A stretch of DNA of 58,943 nt, from NCBI GenBank assembly GCA_963726245.1, contig CAVSBT010000009.1:1-58943 (forward strand). The letters are read 5' to 3'. The DNA is from an uncultured Chloroflexia bacterium. GTDB lineage: Bacteria > Chloroflexota > Dehalococcoidia > DSTF01 > JALHUB01. Within the stretch, counting starts at the first letter, position 1, and every line of letters begins with the position of its first letter. The position numbers and the translations under genes are program-made. The notes beneath the pieces were generated by a model. The model had not been told where the DNA came from, ran no database searches, and saw nothing but the letters and a program-made list of their open reading frames with translations. Positions 27,322 to 38,234 of this stretch are shown in pieces.

Positions 27322-28725
27322 TTGGCAACACACTGGGCCCTGCTGCTGCACTTCTATCAGCCCCCTACCCAGCTTCCCTATGTCCTCCGCCAAATAGTCT
27401 GCGAGTCTTACCGCCCCCTGATCCAGCTCCTCGCCGATAACCCCCACGCCCGCGTGACGGTCAACATCAATGGCGTCCTCACCGAGATGCTCATCGACAA
27501 CGCCCACCAGGACGTGGTCGAGGGGCTGGGCTGGCTGGCCGAACGGGGCCAGGTGGAGTTCACCGGCTCCGCCAAGTATCACCCCATCCTTCCCCTCATC
27601 CCCGAGGAGGAGATACGCCGCCAGATCCGCTCCAACTACAACACCAACCGCCGCTACCTGGGGCACACCTACGCTCCCCGCGGCTTCTTCCCGCCCGAGA
27701 TGTGCTACAGCGACCGCATCCTTTCACCCGTGGTCGATTTCGGGCACGACTGGGTGATACTGAGCGGCATCGCCTGCCACGGCCAGTGGCCCACCGACGT
27801 GGTGCAGAGAGGCAACCCCCTGGATGCGCCCATCAACTTCATCTTCCGCGACGACATCCTGAGCAACGGCATATCCTTCCAGACGCTGGACGCCCACGGC
27901 TTCCTGGACAAGCTCCGCAACCTTGGTCGCCACCGGCGCGGCGACGTCTACGTAGTGACAGCTATGGACGCCGAGACCTACGGCCATCACATCGCCGGCT
28001 GGGTGGAGGCCTTCCTGGGCGAGGTCTACAAAGAGCTGCGCCCGGAGTCGACCGGCCTGCTGGCCCGGCAAGAAGCCGCCAGCCCCAGGCTGGTCACCGC
28101 CGGCTACGCCCGCAGCGTGGTGGAGGAAGTGCGCCGTGTCTCCCATCCGTCCGACGGCAACGGCGACAGGCGGCAGTACCCGCTTCCACATCACCTCCTG
28201 GGCATGGAACATCAGCGCGAAGAGGACGCCTCGCTCATTCGACTCGCCACCGTGAGCGAGATAGTCGACAGGTTTCCTCACCTGGAGGGCTGCTGGCCTC
28301 TGGCCAGCTCCTGGAGCACCAGCGCCGATGACCTGGCCCGCGGCGTGCCCTACCCGCTCTGGAACGACCCCGGCAACCACATTCACGGGCTGCTCTGGGA
28401 GCACCTCACCCTCTGCATCGAGCTACAGCAGCAGGCCGAGCAGTGCGCCGACAACCCTCCAAGCCAGTGGCACACCGGCATCGCCAGAAACATCCTCGAC
28501 ACCGCCCTCCATAGCTGCCAGTTCTGGTGGTCCAGCCGTCGACCCCACTGGGACGTGAACATGGTCTTTCGGGGTCTGGCGGAGCAAGGGCAGGCCGCCC
28601 TCAACTCATCGCGGGCTGTGGAGATGAGCGGCGCCTCCCGCGAGCACAAGCGTCTGGCCTGGCGACGCCGCCTGGCCGCCCTCGAGCTCTACCGTCAGAC
28701 CATGGACGAGCTGGTCCGGTCCTGA
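27322..28725 (+). CDS. Glycoside hydrolase family 57
   Basis: LHFYQP, ESYRPL, YHPILPL, GFFPPEMCY, AMDAETYGHH, SCQFWW. Confidence 0.88.
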   Translation: MATHWALLLHFYQPPTQLPYVLRQIVCESYRPLIQLLADNPHARVTVNINGVLTEMLIDNAHQDVVEGLGWLAERGQVEFTGSAKYHPILPLIPEEEIRRQIRSNYNTNRRYLGHTYAPRGFFPPEMCYSDRILSPVVDFGHDWVILSGIACHGQWPTDVVQRGNPLDAPINFIFRDDILSNGISFQTLDAHGFLDKLRNLGRHRRGDVYVVTAMDAETYGHHIAGWVEAFLGEVYKELRPESTGLLARQEAASPRLVTAGYARSVVEEVRRVSHPSDGNGDRRQYPLPHHLLGMEHQREEDASLIRLATVSEIVDRFPHLEGCWPLASSWSTSADDLARGVPYPLWNDPGNHIHGLLWEHLTLCIELQQQAEQCADNPPSQWHTGIARNILDTALHSCQFWWSSRRPHWDVNMVFRGLAEQGQAALNSSRAVEMSGASREHKRLAWRRRLAALELYRQTMDELVRS

Positions 28726-28782
28726 CAGATTCGCGCCCCTCATCGACGCGGCCCTCTGTTCACAGGTGGTATCCGCGTTACA

Positions 28783-29723
28783 ATGGTGCCCAGCACCAGG
28801 AATCATGATGCGCCTCTCGAACAACCAGAGCCGCGACGCAGCCCCGCGAGAAGACATCGCTTTCGCCACGCGCTGGGTCCCGCCGGTCTACTGGCGGCAC
28901 TCGCCCTGAATCTCGTTCTGGGGCAGGCGTGCTACCTGGGGCCCTCGAAGTCCACCCCGACGCCGACCGCCGTCCCCACCGAGATCCCCACACCCGTACC
29001 GCCGACACTCCCGCCGGAGCCGACTTCAACGCCGGTGCCGCAACTCCAGCCCGGCGAAGCCATCGTTGTCGGGGGCGAACTGCGGACCAGGCCGGACCCC
29101 TCGACCCACAACGTACCGCTGGGGACTCTCCCGGACCAGGCGCCGGTGCGCGTCACCGCCGTCGTGCAGGGGGAGAACTGGCTGGTGGGAGAGCAGACGT
29201 GGGTCTCGGCGAGCCCGCCCTGGGCCAGCGAATGGCTCCAACTGGAGGACGGCAGCTACGTCTTTGGGGCCTTCGTCTTCCAGCTCCTAGAGGGGAAACA
29301 TCACCCCTGATCGACTTCGGCGCAGAGGAGAAGTGGATCGACGTCAACCTGTCGGAGCAGACGGCGCGGGCCATGGTAGGCGAGCAGGCGGTGCACCTCG
29401 CGGCGGCCACCACCGGCGCGCCGGGCTTCGAGACGCCGCGCGGCACACAGTACATCGAGCCCGACGGGCGCATCGTGCTGGAACGGATGACGGCCTCCCA
29501 GGCAGGCTACAACCCCTCGCAGGCCCGTTACGACGTGGAGAGGGTGCTCTTCACCCAGTACTTCGACCGTAAGGGTGATGCGCTTCATCTCAACTACTGG
29601 CGCCCCGATTCCGTGTTCGGCGCCGAAGCGACCAGTCACGGCTGCGTCGGCCTCCGCCTCCACGACGCCCAGTACTTCTGGCTCTTCGCCCAGGCCGGCA
29701 CCCGCGTCGAGATTCACGATTAG
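28783..29723 (+). CDS. Lipoprotein L,D-transpeptidase (YkuD) with SH3-like domain (indel near 29295)
   Basis: Lipobox-like LGQAC, PT linker, LRTRPD; WIDVNLSEQT, TG.PGFETPRG, ALH, TSHGCVGL; start uncertain. Confidence 0.82.
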
Positions 29724-29741
29724 CAGTAGAGGCGCACAGTA

Positions 29742-29768
29742 GTAGGGGCGCACGGCCGTGCGCCCCTA
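29742..29768. repeat. GTAG-type REP palindrome copy 3
   Basis: G-TAGGGGCGCACGGCCGTGCGCCCCTA; partial arm GTAGAGGCGCAC at 29726. Confidence 0.75.
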
Positions 29769-29962
29769 GGAACGGTATTGCGCTCCGCCAAGCGTCTAGC
29801 CATAATGTTGGCGCTGACCCGGTGTGCGAGGGATCGCGACCAAAGGGCCACCACAGCCGGGCGGAACCAGGACTGCTCCGTCGCCGGTGCTGGCACACAG
29901 GCGGCCCGAGGGACTGATCGAGCGCCGGGCTCGATACACCCCTTCCGGAGAAGGGTGGCCTC

Positions 29963-30922
29963 GTGCAGCGGTACATCGCCAAGCGCATTCTCCTCAACAT
30001 CCCCGTCATCTTCCTCGTCGTCACTATTGTCTTCCTGGTCAGCCACCTGCGGACCGACATTGCCGAGCGGCGCGTCGCTCAGTCCTCCTTCGGCGGCATG
30101 GAGTACGACCAGGCAGTGGCCGCCATCCGCAAGGAGATGGGCACCGACAAGCCGCTCCTCGCGCAGTACGGGCATTACCTGCTGGACACGGCGCGGGGCG
30201 ATTTCGGCACCTCGCTCATGAGCCAGAAGCCGGTCGTGGTGGAGCTCAAGCACCGCCTCGGGACATCTGTCGAGCTGGGATTACTCCAGATCCTTGTCGC
30301 CCTGGTCATCAGCATCCCCATAGGCGTCATCTCGGCCGTCCGGCAGGACACCTGGCTTGACTATGGCTTGCGCTTCTTCGCCATCCTGGGGCTGGCCATA
30401 CCGTCCTTCTACCTGGCCACACTGCTGCATCTGTTCGCCTTCAACTGGTTTGGCTGGGGCCCGCCCACTACCAACTACCACAGCTTCTTCGACAACCCCA
30501 GCCTGAACCTCCAGGCCATGGCCTTACCCGCCCTGGCGGGAGGCCTCGCCATGGGGGCCGTCATCATGCGTCTGCTGCGCTCGCAGCTCTTAGAGGTGTT
30601 GCGTCAGGACTACATCCGCACCGCCTGGGCCAAGGGCCTGCGCGAGCGGGCTGTCCTCATGGGCCATGCGATGAAGAACGCCATGATCCCCGTCTTCACC
30701 ATTGTCGGGCTCCTGGTGGGCACCCTCTTCGGAGGCAACCTCATCCTGGAGAGCATGTTCGCCCTGCCTGGAGTCGCTCAGTTCCTCGTGGTCTCATTCC
30801 AGCAGAACGACCTGCCCATGATTCAGGGCACCGTGCTGCTGGTGGGTATCGTGCTGGTCATGACGAATATCGTGGTGGATCTCAGCTACGCCTGGCTGGA
30901 CCCACGCATTCGCTACCACTGA
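29963..30922 (+). CDS. Peptide/nickel ABC transporter permease (OppB/DppB)
   Basis: GDFGTSL, IPSFYL, LEVLRQDYIRTAWAKGL, DLSYAWLDPRIR. Confidence 0.92.
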   Translation: MQRYIAKRILLNIPVIFLVVTIVFLVSHLRTDIAERRVAQSSFGGMEYDQAVAAIRKEMGTDKPLLAQYGHYLLDTARGDFGTSLMSQKPVVVELKHRLGTSVELGLLQILVALVISIPIGVISAVRQDTWLDYGLRFFAILGLAIPSFYLATLLHLFAFNWFGWGPPTTNYHSFFDNPSLNLQAMALPALAGGLAMGAVIMRLLRSQLLEVLRQDYIRTAWAKGLRERAVLMGHAMKNAMIPVFTIVGLLVGTLFGGNLILESMFALPGVAQFLVVSFQQNDLPMIQGTVLLVGIVLVMTNIVVDLSYAWLDPRIRYH

Positions 30923-30931
30923 CGACGGCCT

Positions 30932-31897
30932 GTGAGAGAGCCAGTGACAACAGAAGCAGCGTCCTTGGAGCAGCAATGGACCCTCCCCCGCCGGCCGGCC
31001 TGGTGGGTGACGGCCCGCCGGCTGGCGGTGCGCAAGCCCCTGGGTACCTTTGGACTGCTGGTCATCGCCCTTCTCGTCGTGGCGGCGGTAGGAGCGCCGG
31101 TGTTTGGCCGCTACGACCCACGTGAGACCTTCCAGCGACCCAACCCCAACTACAGCCCGGGTGTGTTCAACCCGGCTGCCCTTTCCCCTACCGAACTGGA
31201 CAGGACGGCGGCGCCTTCCGCGGCACACTGGTTTGGAACGGACAGCTCCGGTCAGGATACCTGGTCATGGGTAATCTGGGGCGCCCGCCGCTCTCTTGGC
31301 ATTGGCGTCGGCGCCCTGGCCATCTCGATAACCGCCGGGGCTGTGGCGGGAATCGTGTCCGCCTACTTCGGGGGCTGGCTCGACATGCTGTTGCAGCGCC
31401 TCATGGACGCCCTCCAGGTCTTCCCTGGTCTTCTCCTAATGCTGCTCATCGGCGCCTACTTCGGTTTCAACATCCGCAACCTGATCCTGGCTTTCGGCAT
31501 CGTGGGCATCAGCCAGGTGTCACGCATCGTGCGGGGAACGGTGTTGAGCCTGCGCGAGATGCCTTACGTCGAAGCGGCGCGCGTCCTGGGCGCCTCGGAC
31601 CTACGCACCATGATCCGGCACATCCTGCCAAACACGGCGGCGCCGATCATAGTCATCTTCACGATTGGTCTTGGCACGGTCGTCATCGCCGAGGCGGGCT
31701 TGTCATTCCTCGGCCTAACGCCGCCGGGGATCTCCTGGGGTCAGATGCTCGCCGAGGGCAGCGACTTCATCCAGACGTCACCCTGGCAGGCGGTCTTCAG
31801 CGGCCTGGCCATTACGCTGGCTGTGCTGGCGTTCAACCTGCTCGGCGACGCCCTCCGGGACATCATGGACCCGAGGTTACGCGCGGGAAGGGCATAG
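30932..31897 (+). CDS. Peptide/nickel ABC transporter permease (OppC/DppC)
   Basis: HWFGTD, YVEAARVLGAS, HILPN, AGLSFLG, NLLGDALRDIMDPR. Confidence 0.92.
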   Translation: MREPVTTEAASLEQQWTLPRRPAWWVTARRLAVRKPLGTFGLLVIALLVVAAVGAPVFGRYDPRETFQRPNPNYSPGVFNPAALSPTELDRTAAPSAAHWFGTDSSGQDTWSWVIWGARRSLGIGVGALAISITAGAVAGIVSAYFGGWLDMLLQRLMDALQVFPGLLLMLLIGAYFGFNIRNLILAFGIVGISQVSRIVRGTVLSLREMPYVEAARVLGASDLRTMIRHILPNTAAPIIVIFTIGLGTVVIAEAGLSFLGLTPPGISWGQMLAEGSDFIQTSPWQAVFSGLAITLAVLAFNLLGDALRDIMDPRLRAGRA

Positions 31898-31951
31898 GGC
31901 GACAGGCAGAGGTCTGAGAGAACAGGACGCAAAGGGGTAAGGCGGATCACC

Positions 31952-33832
31952 GTGAGAGAGGACAACTACTGGACGAGACTGCGGACTGAGAGGCTGAGCC
32001 GCCGGCGTCTGCTGGCGGGGGCGCTGGCCGCCGGCGCCGCTGCCGCCGGCCTGCCGCTGATCGGCTGCCGCGGCGGCGCGAACGGCCCCGCGGTGGGCTC
32101 ACCCGCGGCCACGCCGGGAGGGCAGCCGGCGCTCACCACCGTCGGCAGCCGCGGCGGCACCTACCGCTGGTTCCAGTACGACTCCTTGATCCTGGACACT
32201 CGCGACCCTCACCAGACCCGCCTCGGCCCCATGTACAACATCCAGTCCTACATCTTCAGCAAGGTCCTCAACTACTTCGATGAGGTCCAGCAGATCATGT
32301 GGCCCGACCTCTCCTGCGACGCCCAGGGCAACCCCGCCATGCCCGAGCAGGTCGACGAGCTCACCTATATCATCCGCATCCGCCCTACCGCCCGCTTCCA
32401 CGATACTCCCAAGATCCGCCAGGACTGGCCCAACACCGCCGGCCGGCCCGTCACCGCCGAAGACCTCAAGTACAGCATAGAACGCCAGCTCAACCCCGAT
32501 AGTCCCAAACGTGCCCTCTACTACCGCCGCTACCAGTGGGAGACGATCGACAAGATGGAGGTGCTGGACGACCGCACCCTCCGCATCACCACCAAAAGAC
32601 CCTGCGCCCCTTTCCTGCACTTCCTGGCCGACCGCAACTCCTTTGTCATTCCTCGCGAGCTCGTCGACCCCAATACCGACGACATGAACGCCGACAACAA
32701 GATGGTCGGCTCCGGCCCCTTCATGTTCGACAAGCTGGACGTATTGCGATTGCTGCGTGTGGTCCGCAACCCCGACTGGTTCGCCGCCGATGACAACCCG
32801 GAGGGCATGGGGACGGGCCGCCCCTTCCTGGACGCCGTTGAGGCCTACTATCCGCCCGAGAGTGATAGCGTGGTTGAAACGGCATTCAAGACGAAGCAGG
32901 TAGACGTCGCCACCTTCAATGACCAGAGCAACATCTTCCACCTGCTGGATGAGATGCCAGGCATTCGCTTGACCGAGAACGGGATAACCGGCGGCCTGGC
33001 CTCCGCCCTCCTCATCGACCGGCCGCCCTACCAGGACTTCCGCATGCGCGCGGCAATCAACCTGGCCCAGGACCGCAATGCTCTGGGCGAGCAGATCTAC
33101 CCGGCCGCCCCCGGCCACCCCCGCTTCCTCCTGAGCGATGCCATCGCCTGGCCGATCACACGCTGGGCGACACCCCAGGAGAAGCTCACCACCCTCGGCG
33201 GCTACCGCTACGGCCCCGGCGAGCGGGAGGCGGACATCGCCGAAGGGCGCAAGCTATTCGACGCGGCCGGCGGCAAGGACGTCCTGGATAACATTCGCAT
33301 TCTGTTCTCCTCCATCCCGCCCACCGTCCCGCAGAAGATCCTGCCCCAGGTGGTGCGCCAGTTGGAGCAGAACTTGGGCATAAATGTCCAGGCCGATGTC
33401 GATCAGACCGGCTACACGCAGATCGTCTCCTGCCTCGCCCGCGCCGCGACCGGCGCCCCGGCAGAGTCGTGCAGCTTCACCTGGAGCTTCGACAACGGCT
33501 TCACCGATCTAGACGACTGGCTCTACCCGTTCTTCCACACCGGAGGCGGCTTCAATTCTTTTGGCGTGTCCGACAAGCTCCTCGACCAGTTGCTGGACCA
33601 GCAGCGGGAGGAGTTTGACTACGAGAAGCGGCGGGAGATCGGTTTCCAGATCCAGCACCGGCTCGATTTCGAGATCCTGCCCGGCTACCGCTACTTCAAC
33701 GAGATCGCACGCAGCGTGGCCCGCCCCTACGTGATGAACGGCAGAAACTGGGGGTGGTTCGGCGTCGCCTACTGGTTCGCCAACGTCTGGCTGGATGCCA
33801 GCCACCCCGACTTCCAGGGCCGACCAGCCTAG
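31952..33832 (+). CDS. ABC substrate-binding protein family 5 (OppA-like), Tat lipoprotein
   Basis: LSRRRLL Tat motif plus LIGC lipobox, GRPVTAEDLKYS, GSGPF, RNPDW. Confidence 0.9.
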   Translation: MREDNYWTRLRTERLSRRRLLAGALAAGAAAAGLPLIGCRGGANGPAVGSPAATPGGQPALTTVGSRGGTYRWFQYDSLILDTRDPHQTRLGPMYNIQSYIFSKVLNYFDEVQQIMWPDLSCDAQGNPAMPEQVDELTYIIRIRPTARFHDTPKIRQDWPNTAGRPVTAEDLKYSIERQLNPDSPKRALYYRRYQWETIDKMEVLDDRTLRITTKRPCAPFLHFLADRNSFVIPRELVDPNTDDMNADNKMVGSGPFMFDKLDVLRLLRVVRNPDWFAADDNPEGMGTGRPFLDAVEAYYPPESDSVVETAFKTKQVDVATFNDQSNIFHLLDEMPGIRLTENGITGGLASALLIDRPPYQDFRMRAAINLAQDRNALGEQIYPAAPGHPRFLLSDAIAWPITRWATPQEKLTTLGGYRYGPGEREADIAEGRKLFDAAGGKDVLDNIRILFSSIPPTVPQKILPQVVRQLEQNLGINVQADVDQTGYTQIVSCLARAATGAPAESCSFTWSFDNGFTDLDDWLYPFFHTGGGFNSFGVSDKLLDQLLDQQREEFDYEKRREIGFQIQHRLDFEILPGYRYFNEIARSVARPYVMNGRNWGWFGVAYWFANVWLDASHPDFQGRPA

Positions 33833-33883
33833 CAGTGTGTCGAGTTAGCCCACGGCCGGCAGCATCGCCAGAAGGGAGCCCCA

Positions 33884-35134
33884 ATGAGCCTCTACCTCGA
33901 CCTCAACAAGGAACTGACGCCAGCCCAAGTTGCCCTCAAAGAGGAAGCCCACCGGTTTGCCGCCGAGGTGCTGCGGCCCGCCGGCCTCGAACTGGACAAG
34001 CTCGCCGACCCAGAAGACGTCATCAAGGAGGGCTCTCCTTTCTGGGACGTGTTCAAGAAGGCCTATGACCAGGGCTTCCACATTCGCGGGTTTGACGAGT
34101 CGATGGGCGGCGCCAACCTGGGCCCCCTGGAGCAACACATTGTCGCCGAGGAGATGGGCTGGGGCAGCTCCGACCTCGCCATCGCCCTCGGCTGCGCGCC
34201 CTTCCCGTTCTCGTTCACGGCCGGGGTGTGCCAGCTCACCGGCAACCAGGAGCTCATGGAGGAGATCGTCGGCCCCTTCGCCCGCGACCGGGAAGCCAAG
34301 CTCATCGGCTGCTGGGCCATAACCGAGCCCCAGCACGGCTCAGACAGCTTGCTCATCGGCACCGACCAGTTCAGCAACCCGGCCGTGGCCTATGACGTGA
34401 ACGCCCGTCTCGACGGCGATGACTGGGTGCTCAGCGGCCAGAAGTCGTCCTGGGTATCCAACGGCACCATCGCTACCCACGCCCTCACATTCGTGGCGCT
34501 GGACCGCTCGGCGGGCCAGGGAGGCAGCGGCGTCGCCGTCGTTCCCCTCGACCTGCCCGGCGTCTCCAAGGGAAAGCCCCTGAACAAGCTGGGGCAGCGC
34601 GCCCTCAACCAGGGAGAGATCTTCTTCGACGACGTGCGCATCCCGCGGCGCTACATGCTCGTGGAGCCCGCGCTGTATCCCCTCGCCATCGACTGGCTCC
34701 TCTCACAGGCCAACGCCGGCATGGGGGCCTGCTTTACCGGCGTGGCCCGCGCCGCCTTCGAGGAGGCCCTCGCCTATGCCAAGCAGCGCGTCCAGGGCGG
34801 CAAGCCCATCGCTGAGCACCAGCTCGTCCAGTACAAGCTCTTTGACATGTTCGTGAAGGTGGAGGCCTCCAGGGCCCTATCGAGGGCCGCCATCGTCTAC
34901 AACACGGACACAATGCCCCCGGCCACCCGCTATTCCATCGCCGCCAAGGTCTTCTGCACCCAGGCCGCCTTCGAGGTGGCCAGCGACGCGGTCCAGATCT
35001 TCGGCGGCTACGGGCTGTGCAAGGAACTGCTGGTAGAGAAGCTCCTGCGGGACGCCCGCGCCTCCATGATCGAGGACGGCTCTAACGAGGTGCTGGCGCT
35101 CGCCGCCGCGCGTCAGATCATCGACCAGTACTGA
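33884..35134 (+). CDS. Acyl-CoA dehydrogenase
   Basis: WAITEPQHGSD, GQKSSWVSNG, KLGQRA, RVQGGKPI..HQ, AVQIFGGYG, IEDGSNEV. Confidence 0.93.
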   Translation: MSLYLDLNKELTPAQVALKEEAHRFAAEVLRPAGLELDKLADPEDVIKEGSPFWDVFKKAYDQGFHIRGFDESMGGANLGPLEQHIVAEEMGWGSSDLAIALGCAPFPFSFTAGVCQLTGNQELMEEIVGPFARDREAKLIGCWAITEPQHGSDSLLIGTDQFSNPAVAYDVNARLDGDDWVLSGQKSSWVSNGTIATHALTFVALDRSAGQGGSGVAVVPLDLPGVSKGKPLNKLGQRALNQGEIFFDDVRIPRRYMLVEPALYPLAIDWLLSQANAGMGACFTGVARAAFEEALAYAKQRVQGGKPIAEHQLVQYKLFDMFVKVEASRALSRAAIVYNTDTMPPATRYSIAAKVFCTQAAFEVASDAVQIFGGYGLCKELLVEKLLRDARASMIEDGSNEVLALAAARQIIDQY

Positions 35135-35195
35135 GGACGCCAGCGCCGAAGCAAGGTGCCGAAAGGGGCGCGGAGCTGCCGTCCGCTCACAGAGG

Positions 35196-36370
35196 TCAGG
35201 AGACGTCGGGCCGGCGGTAGGCGACTTCGCCCGCCACGACAGTCATCTCCACCCGGAGCCCGTCGTCCAGGACCACCAGGTCGGCGTCGGCGCCGGGGCG
35301 CAGCGAGCCCTTGCGCTCCGTCCAGCCCGAGGACACGAGCCGGATTGCAGGTGGCCATTCGCACCGCCTCGGGCAAGGTGACCGGCAGCCAGGCGACGGC
35401 GTTGCGCAGCACCTCATCCGTGGTGGCCAGACTGCCGATGATGGTTCCGTCCTCGCCGACGGCGGCTCGACCCACCACCTTCGCCCTCATCCCCTCCCAC
35501 TCCACGGTCTCCCGCTCGCTGCCAGCCGGAGGTAGGGCGTCGCTGACCAGCACCGTGCCGTCCACGCCCTTGGCCCGCACGAGCAGCGCCGCCGCGGCCG
35601 GATGGACGTGAGAGCCGTCCAGGATGAGCTCGCAGGTGACGGAAGGCGTGGTGAGGGCCGCGCCCAGGCAGCCCGGGTCGCGATGGGCCAGCGGTCGCAT
35701 AGCGTTGAAGCAGTGGGTGACGTGGCGGACGCCGGCCTCGAAGGCGTGAAGGGCCTCTTCGTAGGTAGCGTCGCTGTGGCCCAGGCTGGGGACAGCCCCC
35801 GCCTCCAGCGCGGCGGCGATGAGGGCGTCGGCGCCGGGCAGCTCCGGCGCCAGGGTGACGAGACGCAGCCGGCGCCCCGTCGCCTCCACGTACTCGCGGA
35901 ACTGGGCCACGTCGGGCGGCCGCAGCCAGGCTTCGGGGAAGGCGCCCCTGCGCCGCGGGTTGAGGAATGGGCCCTCGAGAAAGTAGCCCAGGGCCTGAGC
36001 GCCCGCCGGCGGCCTCTCGAAGAAGACAGCGCTGCGCTGGAGGGCGCGGAGGATGCGCTCGTGTTCACCGCCGGCGACGCCGATGAGGAAGGAGGTGACG
36101 CCTCGAGAGGTTATCCAGCGGGCGTAGGCGTCTACCTCGGCGGGGTCCTCGGTGAGCAACGAGTGGTCGCCGCCGCCGTGGGTGTGCAGCTCGATGAAGC
36201 CGGGCGCCAGGTAGCGGCCGCGCAGGTCCAGCACCTCGTCGCCGGCCTGCTGGCTCAACGTCGGGGCCGGCGGCGGCGATGCGCCCTTTCTCGACCAGCA
36301 GGCCGCCCTCGACCACGGCGTCGATGGTGATGAGGCGGGCGTTGACCAGCGCCAGCCGGGCCACGGCCAT
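35196..36370 (-). CDS. nagA: N-acetylglucosamine-6-phosphate deacetylase (indels near 36250 and 35320)
   Basis: PGFIELHTHG, LEGPFL..RRGA, TLAPE, GHSDA, THCFNAM, HRDPG, DGSHVHP, NPAR, KGSLRPGADADLV. Confidence 0.88.
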
Positions 36371-36374
36371 CCAC

Positions 36375-37910
36375 CTAGGAGGAGGCGGCGATGACGGCGT
36401 TGCCGGCGGCGACGCCGCTGACCATTGCCCCCGCTATGCCGTGCCCGAAGACGGTGCTGGCCCCAGCCAGGTAGAGGCCCGGTATCTCCGTCTGGGAGGC
36501 CAGGCGGCGATCCCCGAACTGGTCCGGCGCGTGCTCGAAGCCGTAGCTCGTGCCGCCGGTGGAGAGCGTGAAGCGCTCCTGGGTAAGGGGCGTGGCCGAC
36601 TCACGCCAGACGACGTTCCTCACAAGCCCCGGCATCATCTCATCCGCGACCTCGAGGAGCCGCTCCTCGAGAGTGCGCTTCGCCACCGTGTAGGGCATCG
36701 TGTGGCGGTAGCGGCCGCCCGAAGCCGGCCCCTGCTCAGCGCCCCACGAGCTGAGCTGAGCCGGGGCGATGGTCATGATCTGGAGGTTGGTGTAGCCTTC
36801 CGGCGCGATGTTCCGGCTCTCCGGGTCTTTGAGGGAAGCGATGGTGATGTAGGCGCCAGGTCTCTCCGGGATCTCACCCGCGAGGCAGGCGGCGTACTGC
36901 TCCTCCGGGTCATAGGTAGGGGCAAGCAGGTAGTTGCTGTTTCGAAGGCCCAGCTCGCGCGGGTCCACCTGGAGCGCCAGATAGACGACGAAAAGGGGCA
37001 GCGACATGCGGTAGGCGAGCAGCCGCTCCCGCAGGCCGGCGCTGATGCGCTCTTCGCCGACCATCTCCAGCAGGGTACGCTTGGCGTCGGCGTTGGAGAT
37101 GACGTGGCGGGCGCGGAACACCTCGCCTTTCGCCAGCTCCACGCCGGCCGCCCGGCCCCCCTCCACCAGGATCCGGCTCACCCGCGAGCGCAGGCGGACC
37201 CGGCCGCCGTTCTCCTCGATCGTCCCCACCAGGGCGTCGATGAGGGTGCGGGAGCCCCCGTGCACGTAGTAGGCGCCCTTCAGGTAGTGATCGAGAATGA
37301 AGGCGTGCAGGGCCGCCGAGGCCCGCGAGGGCGGAGCGCCGTAGTTGCCCGACTCGGCGCTGAGCACGCTCCTCAGGCGGAGGCTGCACTCCAGGCTGTC
37401 GAACACCTCGCCCAGCGTGCAGGCGTCCCACGGCTTCCTGACCCGTTCTTCGAGGGCCATGACCTCGGGGCTCGGGCCACCGAACCGGCGATGAGCCATG
37501 GCCTTCATGAACGACAAGAAGCGCTCAATGGCCCGCGCCTCTTCCGGGAACGTCTCCTTCAGCCGGCTCTCATAGTTGTCCCAGCCGGCCGGCACACGGA
37601 ACCTCAGGTCGGGGTAGATGAGGGTATCGAAGCCGTCCTGGTCCATGGGGAGGAACTCGACCTTGTCGGCGAGGCCGAGCTGCCCCAGCACCGCCTGGTA
37701 CAGCCCTCCCGGCCCGCAGTCCCCGATGTAGTGAAGCCCGACGTCGAAGTCAAACATCTTCTTCCGCCGGAAGCACTGCGCGTTGCCGCCGGCGGTGAAG
37801 TGATGCTCCAGCACCAGCGTTCGGAGACCCGCCCTGGAGGTGAGCGCGGCCGCCGTCAGGCCTCCCATTCCGGACCCGATGACGATTACGTCATATTCCT
37901 CGTGTTCCAT
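36375..37910 (-). CDS. FAD-dependent oxidoreductase, phytoene dehydrogenase/retinol saturase family
   Basis: DVIVIGSGMGGL, VLEHH..AGG, FDVGLHY, ESATPLT, GLYLAGAS...GHGIAGAM. Confidence 0.88.
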   Translation of the reverse strand: MEHEEYDVIVIGSGMGGLTAAALTSRAGLRTLVLEHHFTAGGNAQCFRRKKMFDFDVGLHYIGDCGPGGLYQAVLGQLGLADKVEFLPMDQDGFDTLIYPDLRFRVPAGWDNYESRLKETFPEEARAIERFLSFMKAMAHRRFGGPSPEVMALEERVRKPWDACTLGEVFDSLECSLRLRSVLSAESGNYGAPPSRASAALHAFILDHYLKGAYYVHGGSRTLIDALVGTIEENGGRVRLRSRVSRILVEGGRAAGVELAKGEVFRARHVISNADAKRTLLEMVGEERISAGLRERLLAYRMSLPLFVVYLALQVDPRELGLRNSNYLLAPTYDPEEQYAACLAGEIPERPGAYITIASLKDPESRNIAPEGYTNLQIMTIAPAQLSSWGAEQGPASGGRYRHTMPYTVAKRTLEERLLEVADEMMPGLVRNVVWRESATPLTQERFTLSTGGTSYGFEHAPDQFGDRRLASQTEIPGLYLAGASTVFGHGIAGAMVSGVAAGNAVIAASS

Positions 37911-38234
37911 GTCGGTGACCTCCCGGCCTCGAGGCCGTCCCCCGGCGCGAGCCTCACTGCCTCGTTGCACTCACAGCCTACGACGGCCGGCGGGCAATGA
38001 GCAATCGAGACCGAGATCGCTTGTTCACAGGGACGGGAGCGGTTACTCTAGGAGCGCTTCGCGGCGGCGAGCACAGCAAGTGCTGGCCGCCAGAACCGGA
38101 GCGATCCATATGGCGGGCGGAAAACGGCGAGCGACGGGGCGCCCCATGTGCACAAGCGCCGCACGATGCCGCCGTAGCAAGCCGGATTTCCGGAATCTCC
38201 CTGGATTCGCCTGAACGGGAGCTGCGCAGGACCC

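Noticed and set aside
31905-31951. c-di-GMP-I-like GACGCAAAG before oppA
   Set aside because: No P2 GAAA stem and no room for P3 in a short intra-operon gap
36279-38000. Long 573-aa plus-strand ORF and similar long antisense ORFs (e.g. 3735-4979, 16669-17697, 53150-54265)
   Set aside because: Shadow ORFs opposite well-supported genes, expected at high GC; no recognisable motifs
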